The notes: generated from the letters alone by a model not told the origin. Numbered from the stretch's first letter, positions 23,465-36,932 are shown. The stretch: DNA of 64,000 bases from Malacoraja senta (GCA_038087875.1 JAXLNO010000322.1:186001-250000), one strand, 5' to 3'. Translations and numbers: made by a program.

Positions 23465-24220
23465 ATAGGGGGGTTGCACGTAAGGTCACTGGGTCATAGG
23501 GCTTGACGCACGGAGCCGCTCAATCCATCTGGAGGACATACGTAACTTCCGGTATATGTTATTAATGCAAGAAACGCGTACTTTCCTACCTGTTAAAAAA
23601 CGCCAAAATGTTGAATTTTTGCGCTGTAAAAAATTGTGGAAGTCCTGGTAAGTGTGAGAGACATGTACCCAACTTCAGAATTCCAAAAGAGAAGCGAAAA
23701 GAAGGTAAATAGAAGCGAGAGCTGAAGGGACAACAGCAGCTAAAGTGCTTGGCGAACATTGGCTGTGCAGGTATCGGAAATGAAAATATTGGGATTTATC
23801 GCGTTTACTCACTGCATTTCATCAACAGTAAGGCATTATTTGTTTTTTTTCTTGATTCCTTTGGTGTCTAAAAGTCTCAGAAGTGATAAATCTGGTTGTA
23901 AATTTTGCTTCAGAGGCGTTTTCTTTTTGTATGTAAAAACTCACTTGAGAACCATGGGCGATTTTAAAATTTTACAGCCAGATTTATCACTTCTGAAACT
24001 TTTTAGATGCCAAAGGAATCAAAAAAAAACACAAATAATGCCTTAGTTGATGAAATGCAGTGAGCAAACGACCAATGTTCGACAAGCACTTTGGCTGTTG
24101 TCCCTTCAGCTCTCGCTTCTATCTACCGTCATTTCTCCTCACTTTTGGAATTCTGAAGTAGGCTAAATGTCTCTCACACTTATCCCGATTTCCATAATTA
24201 TTTACAGCGCAAAAATTGAC
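23465..24220. mobile_element. Non-autonomous ISL2EU-like terminus followed by an internal fold-back
   Basis: TATAGGGGGGTTGCACG start resembles the terminus at 57004. About 23600-23900 is an imperfect inverted repeat of about 23960-24220. Confidence 0.6.
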
Positions 24221-24221
24221 C

Positions 24222-24690
24222 ACCCTCTCTCTCTCCTCTCTCCCTCTTTCTCCCCTCTCCCCTCACCTCACTCTCCCCCCTCTCTCGCCCCCTCACTCCA
24301 CCCTCCCCACTCCCCTAACTCACTCTCCCCTCTCTTTCCCCTAACTCTCTCTCCCCCCTCGCTCTCTCTCTCTCCCCTCCCACTTTCTCCCTCCTTCTCT
24401 ATCTCCCCCTCACCTTTCTCTCTCCCCCTCTCCATCTCTCCCCCATTTCTCCCTCCCACCCTTGCTCTCTCTACCCTCTCTCTCCTCTCTCTATCTCCTC
24501 TTTCTCTTTGCCCCCCTCTCCCTTTCCCCGTTTCTCTATCCCCCCTCCCTCTCCCGCTCCCCTCTCTCTTCCTTTCTTCCCCCTCTTCCCCCCCCCCACT
24601 CACTCCCTGCCCCTCCCTCTTACCCCGTCTCTCCTCTCTCTCCCACCCCCCACTGTCTCCTTCCCCTCTCTTTATCTCCCTCTCCCTTTG
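24222..24690. repeat. CT-rich low-complexity tract
   Basis: Direct inspection. Confidence 0.95.
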
Positions 24691-26099
24691 AGAGTCTGAC
24701 CCTTCGGCAGAGACTATCACGGCAGCGGCGCAACGCCTCCGACGGCCCGGGACTCTTGCACTGGGGCTGCTCCATGGCCGGAGCTGCAGCGAGCAACTCA
24801 CCAGCCCCGCAAACTCTCGCTAGCCGCGGCTCCCCGCATCTGTCCCCGCCGCAACTTCTGCTTCCATCCCTCCCTCATCCCCGGCTCTCCAACACCCGCG
24901 GCCCATGCGTTTATGAGTTTGAAATTTTCGTTGATCACAGAATTTCTCACGACAGAGCGCGAGAAATTTGTGATCAGCGTGAGGGCGTGAGAATTTGTCG
25001 AAATGCGTTATTTAACGTGTGAATGGGTGATCGAAGGTCAGCATGGTCTTGGTGGGCCGAAAGGCCTATTTCCATGTTAAATATCTAATAGAATTATGCA
25101 AGAGACCAAAGTATGAAGATGTACTGGAAACCTAGAGGGCTGAAAGATTGGAGGAGGTGGCGTGAATGGCAAAATTCATGTTTCTTTTTAATCTACTCTG
25201 ATGACCACAGGTTAGGTGCATAAATCGCAAACAGTTTTGCTGGTTTTACATTTAATTCTGGCAGTGAATGCCACTAACAAAATGAAACCCCCCCACCCCC
25301 ATCACCCAGTTCCTTTCCCCTCCTCCATCCACTCATCTCCCACCCTTCCCAATTCCAAGTCAACCAATTTTATCCCCAAATCCATGCTCATGCCACCCCT
25401 GGTTCTACAATTTATGCGCTATTTACACCATTTGTTTTTCTGTATTTATAACCTCCAACTCAATCACTGCCAATTAGTCCCTCCTCACCTGGATAGAGAA
25501 AAATGCTGGGTGTGTTGTTGTAGTTCAATGTATACATTTTGCAAATAGCTGAATAAATGTAATTTTGTAAAAAATACAACAGACCATTTGTCTTCACTGG
25601 CACGTTGTATGAACAATGGTTCAATGTTGCTTTATTTGTCACAAACGCAACTGCACAGTGACATTCATTTTGCATATATTACACAGGCAGGTACTGCTGT
25701 TTTTGGCGCCATTATTCAAAGTCCAAAGTCCAGTTGTCCCATGTGCTCAATGTACATATTTACATCTACTCCCCATCACCCTAATTTTGTTTTAATTTCA
25801 AGCATTTAGCATAACTATTGAAAGTGATTAGTTCTGAAAGTGTAATTCTAACTATTTAATTAGGGGGAAAAATAATCTTATTGATTATCTTACCTCTTCG
25901 TCCATTGGATCTTCGTTACTCATCAATAGATATACGTTGCCCAATAATAACTACGGAAACCTCTCAGGGATTTGAGACTAGTTTCCGAATTGATCCAGCT
26001 GTGCATGTCCATGCAAAGTACATTGATCATTGATCTAGATCAAATACAAAGTGTTGAAGTGAATCAGCAGGTCAGGTACCAGCTGTGGGGGACAATGGA

Positions 26100-27320
26100 G
26101 AAACGATCTTCAGCATCGAGAACCTTCTTTAGCGTCTAGTACCGTTGGCGGCCACCACGTGACGTGACGTGACCCGACGCCATCTTGTCGATGCGGCCAT
26201 GACGACGGTCGAGGACGGAGCGCGGGCGGGAAGTTGGAGGTGAAGGTGAAGGTAAAGCGGTTTTTTTTTGCTCCACGTCTGTGTCCGTCCGTCTGTCTGT
26301 CTGTCCCCGTCTGTGTCCGTCTGTCTGTCCCCGGGGCTCGAAGCGGGCGAGAACCAACTAGTTTACAAATAACATTTGCGGTCGTGAAGGACGATCCTGC
26401 CTTTGGAAAACGGCGCCGTCGGAGAAAAAAGCCTCGTCTGCTGAGGCCCCGGATGCTGCTCCCCCTGTAGCCCCGCCCACCCCGGGCGCTCCCTCCCTCC
26501 CTCTGTAGCCACGCCCACCCCGGGCGCTCCCTCCCTCCCTCTGTAGCCCCGCCCACCCCGGGCGCTCCCTCCCTCCCTCTGTAGCCCCGCCCACCCCGGG
26601 CGCTCCCTCCCTCCCTCTGTAGCCCCGCCCACCCCGGGCGCTCCCTCCTCCCTCTGTAGCCCCGCCCACCCTGGGACCTCCCTCCCTCCCCCTGTAACCC
26701 CGGGCGCTCCCTCCACCTGTAGCCCCGCCCACCCCGGGAGCTCCCTCCCTCCCCCTGTAGCCCCGCCCACCCCTGACGCTCACTCCCTCCCTCCCCATGT
26801 AGCCCCGCCCACCCCTGGCGCTCACTCCCTCCCCCTGTAGCCCCGCCCACCCCGGGCGCTCCCTCCCTCCCCCTGTAGCCCCGCCCACCCCGGGCGCTCC
26901 CCCCCCTGTAGCCCCGCCCACCCGGGGCCCTCCCTCCCCATGTAGCCCCGCCCACCCCGGGCGCTCCCCCTCCCCCTGTAGCCCCGCCCACCTCGGGCGC
27001 TCCCTCCCCCCCCTGTAGCCCCGCCCACGTCGGGCCCTCCCTCCCACTGTAGCCCCGCCCACTCCGGGCCCTCCCTCCCCCTGTAGCCCCGCCCACCTTG
27101 GGCCCTCCCTCCCCTGTAGCCCCGCCCACCCCGGGCGCTCCCTCCCTCCCCCAGTAGCCCCGCCCATCCCGGGCGCTCCCTCCCTCCCCATGTAGCCCCG
27201 CCCACCCCGGGCCCTCCCTCCCCCTGTAGCCCCGCCCACCCCGGGCGCCTCCAGTTCCGGGCGCTCATTCATTCACTGGGCTGTGTTATGCGAAACGGCG
27301 CTTGACGAGTTATAATCTAG
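26100..27320. promoter_or_regulatory. CpG island / candidate (bidirectional) promoter
   Basis: CpG-dense; CACGTGACGTGACGTGAC (E-box/CRE-like) at 26156; YY1-like CGCCATCTT at 26178; E2F-like GGCGGGAA near 26226; GC-box array. Confidence 0.6.
26462..27250. repeat. Minisatellite, about 22 copies of a 33-42 bp unit containing the GC box GCCCCGCCC
   Basis: Unit CTGTAGCCCCGCCCACCCCGGGCGCTCCCTCCCTCCC(T), counted by eye. Confidence 0.95.
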
Positions 27321-27404
27321 AACTCATGAAGCATTTAGCTTGAAGAGCAAGGGGAGGGGCGGGGAGGGGAGGGGCGGTGTCGCAGCGGGAGAGTTGCTGC
27401 CGCC

Positions 27405-27437
<33 letters not shown>

Positions 27438-30400
27438 GCGGCCGCCACAGATGTGGTTTCGATCCTGACTACAGGCGCCGGCTGCACGGCGTTGGCTCCT
27501 TCTCTCCCCCCCCCATGGCCTCGTGGGTTTTCTCCAGGTTCTCCGGTTTACTCCCACACCCCAAAGTCTTCAAGAGCAGAATTCCGCCAGTCATGGAGGA
27601 TAAGTGTACACATCTCTTTGCCGTGTACAAAAGATGGTGGTAATAGTGAGGTGAGACTTCCACTGCTGAATCACTATCATTGAATTAAAATATGTACTCA
27701 TTCCAGACTCTTTCATCCTCCTGCAGTCTGTACAGTAATATCAATTGGCTAATTGTGCTACGGATCCCTGCCCCTCCTATAGTTGTACTACTGATCGAAG
27801 AGGAGGATTTACCAGGAGCCCTGCTGCGGTTATGTTGCATAGGTAGGTTCTGAGGTGCCATGTGATTATGTATCCCATATAAATTGCATAATTAAAAATC
27901 TGATTATACATGGTTTAAAATTTATTTGCACAAGTTGTCTTTGGAAGCGAATCAGATGGTCGACACACTTTTGCCAACGTTACTGATTTGAATGTTGCCA
28001 AATCAACCTCAAAGTTGCTGTTGTTAAGCTAAAGTTGACTGACTAAAAGAAAGGAATAGAACAAAGAACATCATGGCCCACAATGTCTGTGCCGAACATG
28101 ATGCCAAGATAAACTAATCTCCTCTGCCTGCACGTGATCCATACACCTCCATTCCCTGCTTATCCAGGTGCCAATCGAAGGATATAGAAGAATGCCATAG
28201 AACTGGCAAAAAAACTCATAAATAACTAATTGTCGAGTTCAGCATTTTAAATTGTTTTACTCACTCCCCTAACCAGCAGGGAGCGAATCAATGTACTGCA
28301 TTTCGGTTGTTTAGTCTTGCAATTGATGCTTCCTGCAGCACCAAGTGATAATTACAGTTCCATAACAGCCGCAGGACTCTCAATTTCACTGCCTACTGAG
28401 TTGGGCAGCAGTTTTGAGTGACGCTAAATATCTAGGCTTTGGATTTATTCCAGAGTGTCCTCGAATGAAATTCAACTGCTGCAGCTCTACTTCGACGCAC
28501 ATTGTTTGTAAAATCTTCACCCTCTCCTCTGGTTATCTCCTCTTGACACTCTCAGTCCTGGTGCAGGGTCTCGACAAGAGACATAGATTATTCCCTTGCT
28601 TCCACAGCACTTGGAAGACTTGGAAGTACCCGCTGAGTTTCTCCAGTAATGTGTTTGTTGCAGTATAACAATGCTATTGTTAATGATACCAGAAATTCTT
28701 TTCTCTCCACAGTCAAGTATGGACAGATTGCCTCTTTAAAGAACATTGGCAGGAAATTCGACACTCGTGCCCTGATGTGCAAGGTAAAATCGGGGAAGGC
28801 TTATTATTGGAATTAGCTTTTATTTCAATGTATTACAGGAGTACAATTTACTGTGCCGTTGTGTTGGTTACTGCACTGGAGATATCACTTCACATTCACT
28901 TTGCCCCTCATCGGTTAACCTCCCCACCATCTTTCAAATGAAAGGAAAACATTATGGACATTCCCCAAACAATAGGAGAGATTAGACAGCAGATGGTGTA
29001 ATGTCAATGATAATGAAGGGATGTTGCTCATTTAATGGAGATTACAGACTTTGTTTGTCTGAAAGTCTTTGCTTGTTTTGGTCATTGTTCAATTTCTTGA
29101 TCACTTTTAACAGAAATTTTCAACAACCAGCTTTTAATATTCATAAATTTGGAGACAAATGGATTAATTTAGCAATAATTTGTGAATCTTGTCCTCTCCA
29201 TAATAAAGGTTGCAAAGCACTAGTGTAAGGAAATTGCCTCTAAATTACCTACTTGTTATCTCATTGATAGCTTTGTAAAAGTTGTTTTACTCTCACTAAG
29301 TGGAAAAGTATATTATGTCTATTCTGTTGACCAAAAACCTTCCCTCAATGTTTTTGTCTTTTCCTGAAGTAAACTTTCACATTTTTCTACCAATAATTCA
29401 TCATTTTTACAACTCTCCTAGTGTATCCATATTTTTTTTAAACACAACACTGCGTTTTTGAAATTTTGGTTTTGTCCCTCTATAAATATGTTCGGTTTGT
29501 TTTTGCTTGGTTGGACATTTTAATCCACTTCATGATTTTTTGTATATTTGTACGTCCAAATTCATTTTTTCCCTTTAGATTCTTAGATAGCTAGCCTAGA
29601 ATTTTGCCACATCGGAAAAACAAGTGTTGCAAAGTTGAAAATTGTATTAATGTGACATCATGTAATTTTGCACACATTTTCTGGGGCATTATTTCAGTGA
29701 GTGATTTGTTAACCTAACATCCAGCTCAGCAAAATAATGGCAAAACCCAAATTCATTACCAGGGAGATTTTCAATGACGTTGGTCTAAATAACGACTGCC
29801 ATTGATCACGGAGAAGAACCAGCTTTTATTAATCAAGTTGAAACTGAATATCGTTAAACAGCAAAACTATGTTCTTGTAGTCTGATTGTTGCATGCTGTA
29901 AGCATGTTTATAGAACAGTACAGCACAAGAACAGACCCTTTGGGCCACAATGTCTGTGTTGAACATGATGCCAAGTCCATCTCTTGCTCACCTATGTATT
30001 TAATCCATATCCCTACATTCCTTGCACATTCATGTGCCTATCAAAAAGCCTCTTAAATGCCACTATCGTATCTATTTCATCCCCAACCTTGGCAGTGCAT
30101 TTTAGGCACTCAACACCCTCTGTGTAAAAAATAAAATAAAAATAGATCTATAAAGATTGTCCTAAACATCGCATTCGAACTTTGCATCCCACACCTTAAA
30201 GCTATGCCCTCTAGTATTTGATATTTCCATTCTGCAGATTAAAAAGATTCTGACTGTACCTGATCTATGCCACTCATTTTATATACTTCTATCAGGTCTC
30301 GGTGACACCTCTGACATTCGAGAGAAAACAATCCTAATTCTGACTAACCTTTCCCTGTAGCTAATACCCCCAAACCCAGACAAACTTAACAATTCCAGAC

Positions 30401-31249
30401 ATTTGCAATCAAAAATATCTCATAGTGCCTCTGCATCTTACACTCCTAATCATGGTTGTCAAGAAGTTAGTCCTCAAGACAACATAGGTTAGTATTTATT
30501 TCTGTAGAGGCGGAATTAAAATTTCAAAGTTACTGAGTTTTGATTCTGCTTCATATGTGGAAAGACGTATGACTTTACATGGAAGCATTGGAGAGGATAC
30601 AAACATGTTCAACAGGTGTGGTACCAAACTTGGGAATTACTAATCATCTTTTGATCAATGAGAGGAACTTAACAAGATACTAGGGTTCTCCATTGCACCC
30701 ATTACAAACCCTTACAGACAACCATGGCTTATTCCAGACCGAACCATATGTCACTTTAACCACTTCTTTGCTGTGGAGAGCCCGGAGTTGGCTGAGGCCC
30801 TCATTCAGTTTCCCAGTGTAGTGGTGGAGAGGACCGCGACTCGTGCTAAGTTCCTGACACAGCATTGTCGTCACTGACATATATAAACAATAAAGCAATG
30901 ATGATCTATTTTAGCATAATTCCACTCCATTATTCCATTCCTGGAAACATCCTGAGCAGTAAACAAGATGCTGCGTAGCGTCAATCCTTTTACTTGGGTC
31001 CTTTCACTTTGTTTGATTCTGTGTGACACTTTAATGAAGGCCTTCGAAACATCTCTGGTTCTGATGTATCTTTTGCAGGTTAAGTGTTGTGTAGATGAGG
31101 CGGCCATTTCACCATACATTTCCCCTTGTTTCGCCAAGGCCTGCATCTGTTTTTTGTGTCTCCCCTGTTCTCTCTTTTCTTCCCCCCCAGATGCACTCTC
31201 ATTTCTCCCACCATCCACCTCTTCTTTAACTTTCTCCATCCTAACTATA

Positions 31250-31638
31250 TAGAAACATATAAAATAGGTGCATGAGTAGGCCATTCAGCCCTTGCAGCCA
31301 GAACCACCATTCAATATTATCATGGATGATCATCCAGAATTGTAACCTTGTTCCTGCTTTCTCCCCATATCCCTTGATTCCATTAGCCTTAAGTGCTATA
31401 TCTAACTCTCTCTTGAATACATCCAGTGATTTGCCCTACACTGCCACGTGTGACATAGAATTCCACAGATTCACAACTCTCTGGGTGAAAAGGGTTTTCC
31501 TCATCTCAGTCGTAAATGGCCTACCCCTTATTCTCCCCCAACATGGGAAACATTTTTCCAGCATCTAGCCTATCCAATTCCTTAAACATGTTATGTTTCT
31601 ATAAGATCCCATCTTATGTTTCAAAATTCCAGTGAATA
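31250..31638 (-). mobile_element. CR1 3' fragment (continues at 33281 after the Helitron)
   Basis: TAGAAACATAT tail; the host sequence AATTCCAGTGAATA|TAAGCCCAGTC is split by the insertion. Confidence 0.8.
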
Positions 31639-31934
31639 CTAGACTAAGTGGGCCCCTTTGGGTCCCATGTTTACATGGCAGGGTTGGTCCCACGACGCAA
31701 TATTCCACCTCTCCACCAATTCCAATATTGGTGGTCAGTGGGGGGGGGGGCTTCCTGGAGCGCTGGTATGGGTGTTGTTGGCTGCAGGGACTACTGGTCT
31801 CCAGAGGGCTAGTATGGACATTGTGGGCCAAATGGATTCTTGGGGTGGCAGCTCAGTCCCTCACGCCTGATGTGCTGGCAGCTCACTCACGGCTGGTGGG
31901 CTGGCAGTTGACTCACGGCTATTCCTTGAAATTC

Positions 31935-32228
31935 CATTTCAAGCAGAGTGCAAGGCCATCAAATTCAAATCCAGTTTCTTCCCTCTTCGAGCAGGGTGCA
32001 AGGCCACAAAATTCGTGCAGTTTCATACCACTTCAAGCAGGGTGCAAGGCCACCAAATTCAGGTTCAGTTTCCTACCACTTCAAGCAGGGTGCAAGGCCA
32101 CCAAATTCAAATGCAGTTTCATACCATTTCATGCATGGTGCAACAACACCACATTCAAATGCAGTTTCATACAGGGTGCAAGGCCACCACATTCAATGCA
32201 GTTTCATACTATTTCAAGCAGGGTGAAA
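31935..32228. repeat. About 47-bp tandem repeat (about 6 copies) inside the Helitron
   Basis: TTCAAGCAGGGTGCAAGGCCACCAAATTCAAATGCAGTTTCATACCA. Confidence 0.9.
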
Positions 32229-32627
32229 CCACCATAAAAACCACCATAAAACCACACAAAACACCACACTCACAGTTCAGTAGACATTCAGTGTGTTCAG
32301 TTGATTCACAGCTCAGACAGAGGCGTGACCTCTCCCTCCCCCATCATGCAGAGACTGAGGGGGAGGGATTATAAAACCACACTTCCGGGTTTTATAATCA
32401 CTCCCCCTCCCACCGGAAAAGGTGTGACCTTCATGGCGTGATTAACAGGAGAGAGATTCTCAACATTTTTTAACACTAATAACACTTTTGTTTTTCATTG
32501 ATGGGAAGAATCCTCTGTACCTGATGAGCTGAGGGGAACTGAGTAAGATGGCCAAAAATCACAGCCGTAAGTGGTAGCGTTTGATCTAAAATCAATGTAG
32601 TGCAAACAGGAAGTTGTCAAGTTTAGA

Positions 32628-32910
32628 CAAACAACCATTTGCAGGCAGTGCCTTTTCACTTCAACCCATACCCCCCCCCAAACAACCATTTGCAGGCAGT
32701 GCCTTTTCACTTCAACCCAAACCCCCCAAACAACCATTTGCAGGCAGTGCTTTTTCACTTCAACCCAAACCCCCCAAACAACCATTTGCAGGCAGTGCAT
32801 TTTTACTTCAACCCAAACCCCCCAAACAACCATTTGCAGGCAGTGCCTTTTTACTTCAACCCAAACCCCCCAAACAACCATTTGCAGGCAGTGCTTTTTT
32901 ACTTCAAACC
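32628..32910. repeat. 48-bp tandem repeat (6 copies) inside the Helitron
   Basis: CAAACAACCATTTGCAGGCAGTGCCTTTTCACTTCAACCCAAACCCCC. Confidence 0.95.
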
Positions 32911-33859
32911 AATCATATTTTCATTTTCAAACCACATTAAGGGCACTCACAGTTGAGTAGACATGTGTTCAGTGTTATTCAGAGAGACATGACCCTCTGG
33001 CTTCCTCCATCTTGCAGAGACTGAGTGAGGCACACCACTTACTGGTTTTATAGTCCCTCCCACTCCCTCCAGCAGGGGCAGCAGAGAGAATGGCAAATGT
33101 TTTAAAAACATTAATATCTCTCTGATTTTTCATCGATGGGAAAAATCCTCTGGTCCCGGAAGGCGGAGGGGGGCTCTGACCGAGGTGGCCAAACATGACG
33201 GCCGTAGGTGGCGGCGTTCTCTTGGAAATCACAGCACAGCGAGCCAAAAGTGGTCAAGATCAGACTTTTAGTAATATAGATAAGCCCAGTCTAAATTCCA
33301 GTGAATATAAGCCCATTATCTCCCTCCTTCTGCATTGTATTTCACTCCTTTTCTCTTGTTATCTGACAGTCTTGTCTCTTTTTTTCCCATTGTTTATCCG
33401 CTCAACCGCCAATAAAACCTCCTCGCCTGTATCCACCTATAACTTGCAAGGCTTTGTCTCCTCCCACTTCTTTTTCAGCTTTCTCGCCTTCCCTCTTTCA
33501 ACCAAAAAAAAAATCACCTATTAATTCCCTTCAGTGATGTAGCCTGACCTGCTGAGTTATACCAGCACTGTATCTGGGCTTTTTTTCTCTGTTGCCAACC
33601 GGGCAGCTTTTTCGGTTGCCAAATGACAGTTTAGGCGGTCATTTAAGACGGCTTGCATGGCGCGTGCGGTAATGTGCTCGGATGAAGTCCGCAGTTACCA
33701 GTCGGAATTATGCTCAATGAAGCATTCACATATTATTTCAAATATAGTCACAAACTAAACATATTAACCAATCAAGACATGATATATACCACGATGACAT
33801 GCAGCAAAATTATAATACAGTATCTCAACTCTTTTTACACGTTGCAATGAAGCAATTTC

Positions 33860-36395
33860 TATTTTTTTTATTTTTTTATTTGTTTTTATTTATTTTTTTT
33901 AAATTATTTTTATTAGAAGTACGGTAATTTACAGTAATACACAACACTTATATCTTAGTACATTTTTATACCGCTTCATTTTTTTATTTTTTTTTAGCTT
34001 TAAGAGAAAGATAGAAGTAAGAAAAGTAAAGAAAGTGCGCAAGAGTCGTGAAGTGCAAAAGAGTGTTGTGAAAAGAAAGCCCCTTAGAAAAGAAGTAGAG
34101 AAGGAAGTAAAGTAAGAAAGCAGATCCTAGAAAAGAAAGAAAAAGAAAGTAGGGACAATCGCAAAAAGGGAACCACCGACCAAGTCTGTTTTTATTGTTT
34201 TACCTCCCATTACCAGGTCCTGATACCATTCTTTATTTATTTATTTTTTAAATTACTATTGCACCTCATGCTTGTAATAGGTCCAAAAACGTAGACCACG
34301 TCTTTTGGAATTTTGTCTGCTTTCCCTGCTAAGAGGAATCTCATCTCTTCCAGATGTAATGTTTCCAACATATTTGATGTCCACATTTTTATTGTTGGTG
34401 TGGGCGCATTTTTCCAGAATTTAAGTATGAGCCTTTTACCCATTATTAGCCCGTAATTGAATAAGTTCTTCTGGTACACATTTAATTCAGGGATACCTTC
34501 CGATATTCCAAAAATGATCCATTCTGGTTTTGGTACCAGTTTTATTTTAATTAATTTTGAGAAAATATCAAATATTTCATACCAAAAATTTTGGATTTTT
34601 GTACAAAAAACAAAAGAATGCGCTATGGTAGCTTCTTGACATAGACATTTATCACAGATTGGTGAAACATTAGGAAAGATTTTATTTAATTTAGTTTTTG
34701 AATAATATAGTCTATGTAATGTTTTGAATTGGATGAGCGTATGTCGTACGTTGATCGAACATTTATGCACCTGTAGTAAATGGTTATCCCAGCTCTCTTT
34801 TGAAATTTTTATAGCTAATTCTTGTTCCCAGTCTCTTCTAATTCCATCTGTTGTGGGTATTTCTATGTTTAAAATGATATTATATAAGTACGATATTAGA
34901 TTAGCTGATTCCGCCTTTGTCTTCATTGCTTCATCTGGTAAGTCGGAAGGCATATTATGATAGTCTTTTGTGTGTTTTTTTAGGTAATCACAAATTTGTA
35001 GATATTTAAAATATTGATTATTTTTCAGATTATATTTCAGTTGTAGTTGTTGAAATGATAGTAGTTTTCCCAGTTCATACAGATCTTCAAGCGTTTTGAT
35101 TCCCATTCTTTCCCATTGTATAAATGATTTGTCTATGGTTGAAGGTTTAAACGATGGGTTATTAACTATTGGTGTTGAGAGAGATAGGTTTCTTAATTTT
35201 AGATTCTGTTTTATTTGTTTCCATGTTCTAATTGTGCTATTTATAATTGGGTTTTTATTATAATTTTTATTATTCAAATTTATTGGAGAGAGAATAATCG
35301 CTCCTATATTACTCGGGGAACAGTCCTCTTTTTCCATTATAATCCAGTCCACCTGCTGGGCAGAATTGTCCAGCAGGTGAATCATATTTTTAATATTTAC
35401 TGCCCATTTATAATACATAAAGCTAGGGAGCGCGAGACCCCCCAACTCTTTTCGTTTATTAAGGTGTGCTCTTTGTATTCTATGGGATTTATAATCCCAT
35501 ATAAAATTTGTAATGTCTGAGTCCAATTTTTTGAAAAACTTTTTTGGGATATATATAGGTATTGATTGAAATAGGTATAGGATTTGTGGTAAGAAAATCA
35601 TTTTTATAGCATTTATTCTGCCTATTAAGGACATCGGAAGTGTTTTCCAGAATTTAATCATATTATTTAATTTCTTAAGTAAGGGATTATAATTGGCTTT
35701 AAACATATCCTGGTAATTTCTAGTAATTTCAATTCCCAAATATTTGAATTTTTCTATGGCTATTTTAAAAGGGAATTTCCTGAGGTGTGTTGAGTCTTTT
35801 GGTTTTATCGACATAATTTCACTTTTGTTCCAGTTTATTCTATATCCTGAAAAGGATCCAAAGTCCTCAATTAAATTTAATATATTTGGTATACTAATTT
35901 GTGGTTTTGTGATGTATAATAGTACGTCATCGGCATATAAGGATATTTTGTTATTTGAATATTTTGTATTATAACCGTAAATATCCATGTGTGTTCTTAT
36001 TTTTTCAGCAAGGGGTTCAATTACTAAAGCAAATAACAGCGGTGATAATGAACATCCTTGTCTATTGCCCCTTGAAAGTTCAAATTTCGAGGATAATATA
36101 TTATTAGTTAGTATTCTAGCCGTAGGTTTGTTATATAATAGTTTTATCCATGCAATGAAGTTCTCTCCCAATTGGAATGTTTGCAATACTTTAAACATAT
36201 AGTCCCATTCTACTTGATCAAACGCTTTTTCTGCGTCCAATGAGATGATAGATAACTCTTGGTCCTGAGATTTATGCGAGTGCATTATGTTGAGCAAACG
36301 TCTCAAATTATTAAATGAATGTCTCTTAGGTATAAATCCTGTTTCATCCTCATTTATTAGTCTACTAACATACCTGCTTAGTCTACTGGCAATTT
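33860..36395 (-). mobile_element. 5'-truncated L1 LINE with a long open ORF2 (RT and C-terminal region)
   Basis: ORF 34237-36468 with LDAEKAFD, RQGCSLSPLLF, YADD, KFKYLG, C-x2-C...H...C; A-rich tail at 33860-33912. L1 homology begins near 36390. Confidence 0.93.
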
Positions 36396-36711
36396 CTTTC
36401 CACTTCCAAACAAATGTGGTTGGATCATCCAGCGTATGATCAACCTGTGTCAATAAATCCTGGACCATGGTAACATATATGCTTAACTATGCACACTACA
36501 GATTGTTTTCTGTGAAGGACCGAAAATTATCATGACATGGCCAAAGCATGGGTCGTTATTGGTATATAAACTCTCTTGCTTCCCACATAATTTATCCACA
36601 ACAGAATATACAGGTTGCAAGGAAATCTCTAAAGGCATTTTATGATAATAGCTGTTAAAACCGACGATACCCATCTGACATGTTAAACATTACACTAACT
36701 GACAAGAACTG

Positions 36712-36932
36712 TCTGTGGAATTCTCTGCCTCAGAGGGCGGTGGAGGCCGGTTCTCTGGATACTTTCAAGAGAGAGCTAGATAGGGCTCTTAATGATAGCG
36801 TAGTCAGGGGATATGGGGAGAAGACAGGAACGGGGCACTGATTGGGGATGATCAGCGATGATCACATTGAATGGCGGTGCTGGCTCGAAGGGCCGAATGG
36901 CCTACTCCTGCACCTATTGTCTATTGTCTATA
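36712..36932 (+). mobile_element. CR1 3' end fragment
   Basis: CTGTGGAATTCTCTGCC...GGCTCGAAGGGCCGAATGGCC...CTATTGTCTAT. Confidence 0.85.

Larger units (their letters stand above)
31639..33280 (-). mobile_element. Non-autonomous Helitron
   Basis: Minus strand starts TCTATATTACTAAAAG and ends CTTAGTCTAG, with subterminal hairpin GGGACCC-AAA-GGGGCCC. Inserted between A and T with no target duplication. Confidence 0.8.

Noticed and set aside
26110..27272. Long Gly/Arg-rich ORFs (339, 304 and 148 aa)
   Set aside because: Stop-free frames of the GC-rich minisatellite; open in several frames, with unit lengths not fixed at multiples of three.
32495..32956. Repetitive ORFs such as (KQPFAGSAFSLQPKPP)n
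   Set aside because: A 48-bp array inside a Helitron, open in several frames on both strands.
36396..36468. ATG and N-terminus of the 743-aa ORF as a real gene start
   Set aside because: Flanking sequence that happens to be in frame with a 5'-truncated L1 ORF2 lacking its endonuclease.
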